The translations under genes and the position numbers were made by a program. This document shows positions 21,090-24,276 of a DNA stretch of 24,276 bases, piece after piece. The stretch is from assembly GCF_001949145.1 (NCBI RefSeq), contig NW_019091360.1, positions 186,001 through 210,276 of the forward strand. The letters are read 5' to 3'. This DNA comes from Acanthaster planci (Eukaryota). The notes under the pieces are model-generated. The model made no database searches. It was not told the origin of the DNA and saw only the letters and a program-made list of their open reading frames with translations. Numbering within the stretch: position 1 is the stretch's first letter; the number at the start of each line of letters is the position of its first letter.

Positions 21090-21354
21090 GCGAGCTCTGC
21101 TATATGTGCGGAATTTACCTGTGAATGTAAAGTCCAAGCGACGTGCATCGATAATCAATATTTGATCCTGGATGGGTTGGTCATCGGCAGAATTTTACTT
21201 GCATTTTACTTTAAAAAGAAGCCCTATCAACCAAAAGAGCCGATTCAAACAAAAGCTTCTGAACCAAAGCTGTTACCCAAAGCGAGCGACAAAGAAATTT
21301 TGGAGAAGGAATAATTTTTAAAGTGGGTTAGTTTAAAATTACTTTATAATAAGA

Positions 21355-21590
21355 ATGAGTAACGCAAACATCAACATTGGATTAAACGTCATTTACAAAA
21401 TTTGGCAAACGTGTTGAAGAAACTGGGTTTGTCTGCTTTAGGCGCATTACCCGGCATTATCGGTAGCGTTTTGAGTTGGTTATTCAACGTGGCGAGTAAA
21501 GCGGTTGATTGGATCAGTGAGCATGTGTGGACTTTGTAGGTGCAGGCGTTTTGATTTTGACTTATGTGCAGAGGATGTAGGTTAATAAAT
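21355..21590 (+). pseudogene. Small amphipathic/membrane-active Polinton protein (frameshift and stop)
   Basis: Manual translation: WIKRHLQNLANVLKKLGLSALGALPGIIGSVLSWLFNVASKAVDWISEHVWTL*. The ATG is preceded by TATAATAAGA. Confidence 0.5.
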
Positions 21591-21645
21591 AATTTTGGGC
21601 AAAATGCCTTAACAAGATAAATGTACACTTTTTTAAATTACAGCT

Positions 21646-22434
21646 TTATACAGCAATAAGCCTATAAATGACTCCTATAGTTAAAGAGAGTTTTTCTTCA
21701 TTGTGTATGTCTAGTGGCTTCTTTTCGGGGCTAGGCCTTGAAATCGACTTGACGTTTGGTTTTGGTAAAATTGTTGGGCTAGGCCCTTCTTCTTCTACTT
21801 GATCGTCAAAATCGCTGGTTTGAATAACACCAGAATTTAAACTCGGTACATAACCGGTCTGCATGTCTTTGGTCGCAATTTGTAAATTGTTATTATAACC
21901 TTCAAACATGCCGATACGTAAATCCATGTCAGAGGGCACCAAATATAAACTGGGCGCGACTACAAAATTTAGAGGCGTTTTCGCGTATTGCAACCAATCT
22001 TGAAATTGATCAATACTTTGTTCTAAGTTAAGCTCCGAATTAATTAAAGATTGCACGATCGTAACAAATTGTTGTTGTGCATCTAATCCGGTGCCGGGGG
22101 TTATAACGCTGGTCTTGGTCTGAGCTTGGGCACCAAGTAATGCGTATACGTAAGCTCGAATCGATTCATTTACCTTTGTAATTCCAACGTCTGTAATCTT
22201 TGTCCTTTTGTGTGGGATAAACTCTTGCCACACGGATTTGGCTTTATCATGTTGTAAAATCCAGTCAATTTTATATTTAATCGTTAGACCCGAACCCACG
22301 AGTTGCCAATAGAGATCCATTACCTTGCCTTTGCGACCACATTCATTATAAGTCTTTTTTGGGTCGTAGTTGTTCCCTGGAACGGGCAGCCATTTTTTAA
22401 TAACGTAAATGACTTATTCGCCAAGTTTTTTCAT
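21646..22434 (-). pseudogene. Polinton protein of unknown function with a Pro/Lys linker and hydrophobic C-terminus; 5' part degenerate
   Basis: 224-aa open frame (21646-22320) with WQEFIP...VNESIRAYVYALLGAQAQTK...DAQQQF...LQYA...LYLVPSDMDLRIG..EGYNN. Confidence 0.6.
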
Positions 22435-22443
22435 AAAATTTTT

Positions 22444-23084
22444 TTAAACGGCTGTCCTTTTGTTGGCTAGCGTTTCTGCTCTCTCGTTGACATGTCTTTC
22501 AAATTCTTCTTTACTGAACGTTTTGAGTTCTTGTAGTTTGGTAGACGTATTTGATCTAATTTTTTCTTTCATTTCATTAACCCTAACAGTCCTCAACCCT
22601 TCACCTGTTGGAGGACTGAGGGCTATTAGGGTTAAACGTATGTAATTCACCTGTAATTAATACAAATTCTTCGTGAGAAATGTCCCCATCTTCAGTTGTG
22701 TGAGAGACATACTACTCAATTGTATTTAACATAGCATAACAAAGCATTCGGATTTGATCGTGTTTTTAGTTTTATGAGTTAGCCTACAGGAGGCGTATTT
22801 TATTAAAGCAGAGGCACTTAACGCACCGAAGGCAATACCCCCATTACTAGTCCTACGGGTGCTGACAGGGTGCCTAAAAGCGCGGGGATGCCAATAGCTG
22901 CAGAAAAGTCTACATAATTGAGCGTGGTAAATATTTCTTTAATCTTTTTATAACTAATTTCACGAGCGTCGCGTTCTCTTAAGATCTGCAATTTAATTTC
23001 TTCGATCTTTTTGAGTCTATAAACTTTGGTCTCTGATTGTTTGGGGTCAATTTTGGGTTACTCTGGGTAAATGTTAGTAGTCAC
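22444..23084 (-). pseudogene. Polinton membrane protein (coiled coil, hydrophobic hairpin, coiled coil), interrupted by a 51-bp piggyBac-type insert
   Basis: NIYPE...YRLKKIEEIKLQILRERDARE...IGIPALLGTLSAPVGL...KHDQIRML...DGDISHEEFVLITGELHTFN|EMKEKIRS. The frame is restored when 22581-22635 is removed. Confidence 0.65.
22581..22631. mobile_element. 51-bp miniature piggyBac-type MITE
   Basis: TTAA at 22577-22580 and 22632-22635. 15-bp TIR CCCTAACAGTCCTCA / (rc) CCCTAATAGCCCTCA with 2 mismatches. Confidence 0.85.
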
Positions 23085-23102
23085 TCTTAATATAAACAGT
23101 TT

Positions 23103-23912
23103 TTATAAAATGTCTAACTTGATTAAAATCCCATCCCATTTATTGTTTACCAATTGACCTTTAATGTCTTTAAAGAGAAAGTCAATTTGTCAATGTTTCT
23201 ATCTATCAATTTTTTTGGTTTTTATCACCCTGTGTACTGACCAAATCGCGAGAATTTACATCTACAACGTCCAATAAGTCTGAGGATTGCCCGTTATAAA
23301 AATTGGTGTCGGTGTTTAACTGCTTATAATGGATGGTTGAATCATAATTACCTTTATAAATGACCATGTGTATAAGGCCGTTTCTGGGTAGGTTCAACAA
23401 ATTTCCCACTTCTTTATTTAAAATCAAATCGAGCCTAGGGTCCAAAATGGCTAGAGTCACCAAGTTGCCCTCTGCATGGACTTTAAAACTTACAACTGGA
23501 ATTGCGTTTAAAATAAAATCAAACCAATTTATATCGTAATAACCTGGTTCTAATATAATGCTACCGGCGCCATTATCGCCTATTGAGTCGAATATATACT
23601 TTGCATGAAGTCTATCAAAAATAGGCACCACATTTCCTTTGTAATTAAGACTTTTATTAAAGTCCGTCTCAGGAATACAGTAGTCTTCAGGGATCCACAC
23701 ATATTTTCTTTTAATTTCGGTCGTAAAGTCAGATTCACTAGGGGTTGATCTAATGAAACGCTATCAAAATCTAATCTGTCAAACATAGCTTTAATAGCCT
23801 CTAATAATTCCGTCAATTTAGATACACTGGGGCTAAATATAGCCCTTTCCCCTTGTGAAACACTCTGAAAAACGTGTATCTGTGAATCAAGTCCGTCAAA
23901 TTATTTGTCCAT
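23103..23912 (-). pseudogene. Probable minor capsid (penton-like, single jelly-roll) protein
   Basis: Beta-rich frames with IILEPGYY, EVGNLLNL, SSDLLDVV and a frameshifted C-terminal IDKLTFSL/KDIKGQLVN...LIKLDIL*, a pattern typical of Polinton minor capsids. ATG at 23912-23910 directly follows the upstream stop (TAAATG). Confidence 0.55.
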
Positions 23913-24276
23913 TTATTTAAGGTGATCAAATAAGGGGTTTTTGATCACGCTTTGAAATTGTTGACGCCTCAAATTTATACTTTCATCCTCGAGGGCCAAC
24001 GTATATTCGATATAACCTGGACGCAAACCTGCAGTAGAGCGAGACTGTATACCTATTTCTTCACTTTCATCAAATTCTTCAGTTTCAAGTTCTTGAGATT
24101 GTATATTTATTCCTTCACTCTCATCAGATACTTCAGTTTCAGGTTCTTGAGGTTGTACGTTTATTTCTTCACTTTCATCATTCTTCAGTTTCAGGTTCTT
24201 GAGGTTGTATGTTTATTTTTTCACTTTCATGATTCTTCAGTTTCAGGTTCTTGAGGTTGTACGTTTATTTCTTCAC
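23913..24276 (-). pseudogene. 3' end of an acidic repeat-containing Polinton protein
   Basis: The - strand reads PQEPETEVSDESEGINIQ SQELETEEFDESEEIGIQ SRSTAGLRPGYIEYTLALEDESINLRRQQFQSVIKNPLFDHLK*. Confidence 0.55.
24046..24276. repeat. Tandem repeat with 54/54/52/52-bp units plus a partial unit at the window edge
   Basis: Units start at 24046, 24100, 24154, 24206 and 24258. Confidence 0.95.

Larger units (their letters stand above)
12960..24276. mobile_element. Endogenous Polinton/Maverick-type (adintovirus-like) virus, degenerate; right end outside the window
   Basis: AGTAGT(AGT) terminus at 12960/12963 followed by densely packed intronless remnants of pPolB, retroviral-type integrase, capsid proteins and packaging ATPase. 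Confidence 0.93.

Noticed and set aside
21389..21628. 79-aa - strand ORF
   Set aside because: Antisense to the better-supported + strand amphipathic protein remnant.
23952..24254. 100-aa Phe-rich + strand ORF
   Set aside because: Antisense reading of the Glu-rich tandem repeat; the - strand frame fits local gene orientation and the TAAATG junction.
13244..24276. Alternative genetic code or programmed frameshifting as the cause of ORF fragmentation
   Set aside because: All three stop types, indels, deletions and secondary insertions are present, which fits neutral decay.

Overview
Eukaryotic genomic DNA, most likely from a metazoan invertebrate (inferred from the element families), made almost entirely of nested and decayed mobile elements. 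From left to right: (i) a probable host exon on the - strand at 4-112 resembling CFAP65; (ii) a DIRS1-type tyrosine-recombinase retrotransposon (211-4223, - strand) with intact inverted terminal repeats and internal complementary region but a deleted, frameshifted pol/YR; (iii) an internally deleted piggyBac element (5178-7958, TTAA TSD) carrying a ~125-bp tandem array and a transposase remnant with only its N-terminus and cysteine-rich C-terminus; (iv) two families of non-coding modular repeats (9.4-13 kb), one interrupted by a TA-flanked Tc1/pogo-type MITE; (v) from ~12960 to the window end, a degenerate endogenous Polinton/Maverick-type (adintovirus-like) virus with an AGTAGT terminus, protein-primed PolB, DDE integrase, internally deleted major capsid protein, packaging ATPase, HNH-type nuclease, probable minor capsid protein and several small membrane-protein genes. 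It was itself hit by two piggyBac-type insertions, one only 51 bp long. Protein calls come from motif recognition by eye and from manual translation of frames missing from the ORF track; no database search was run.
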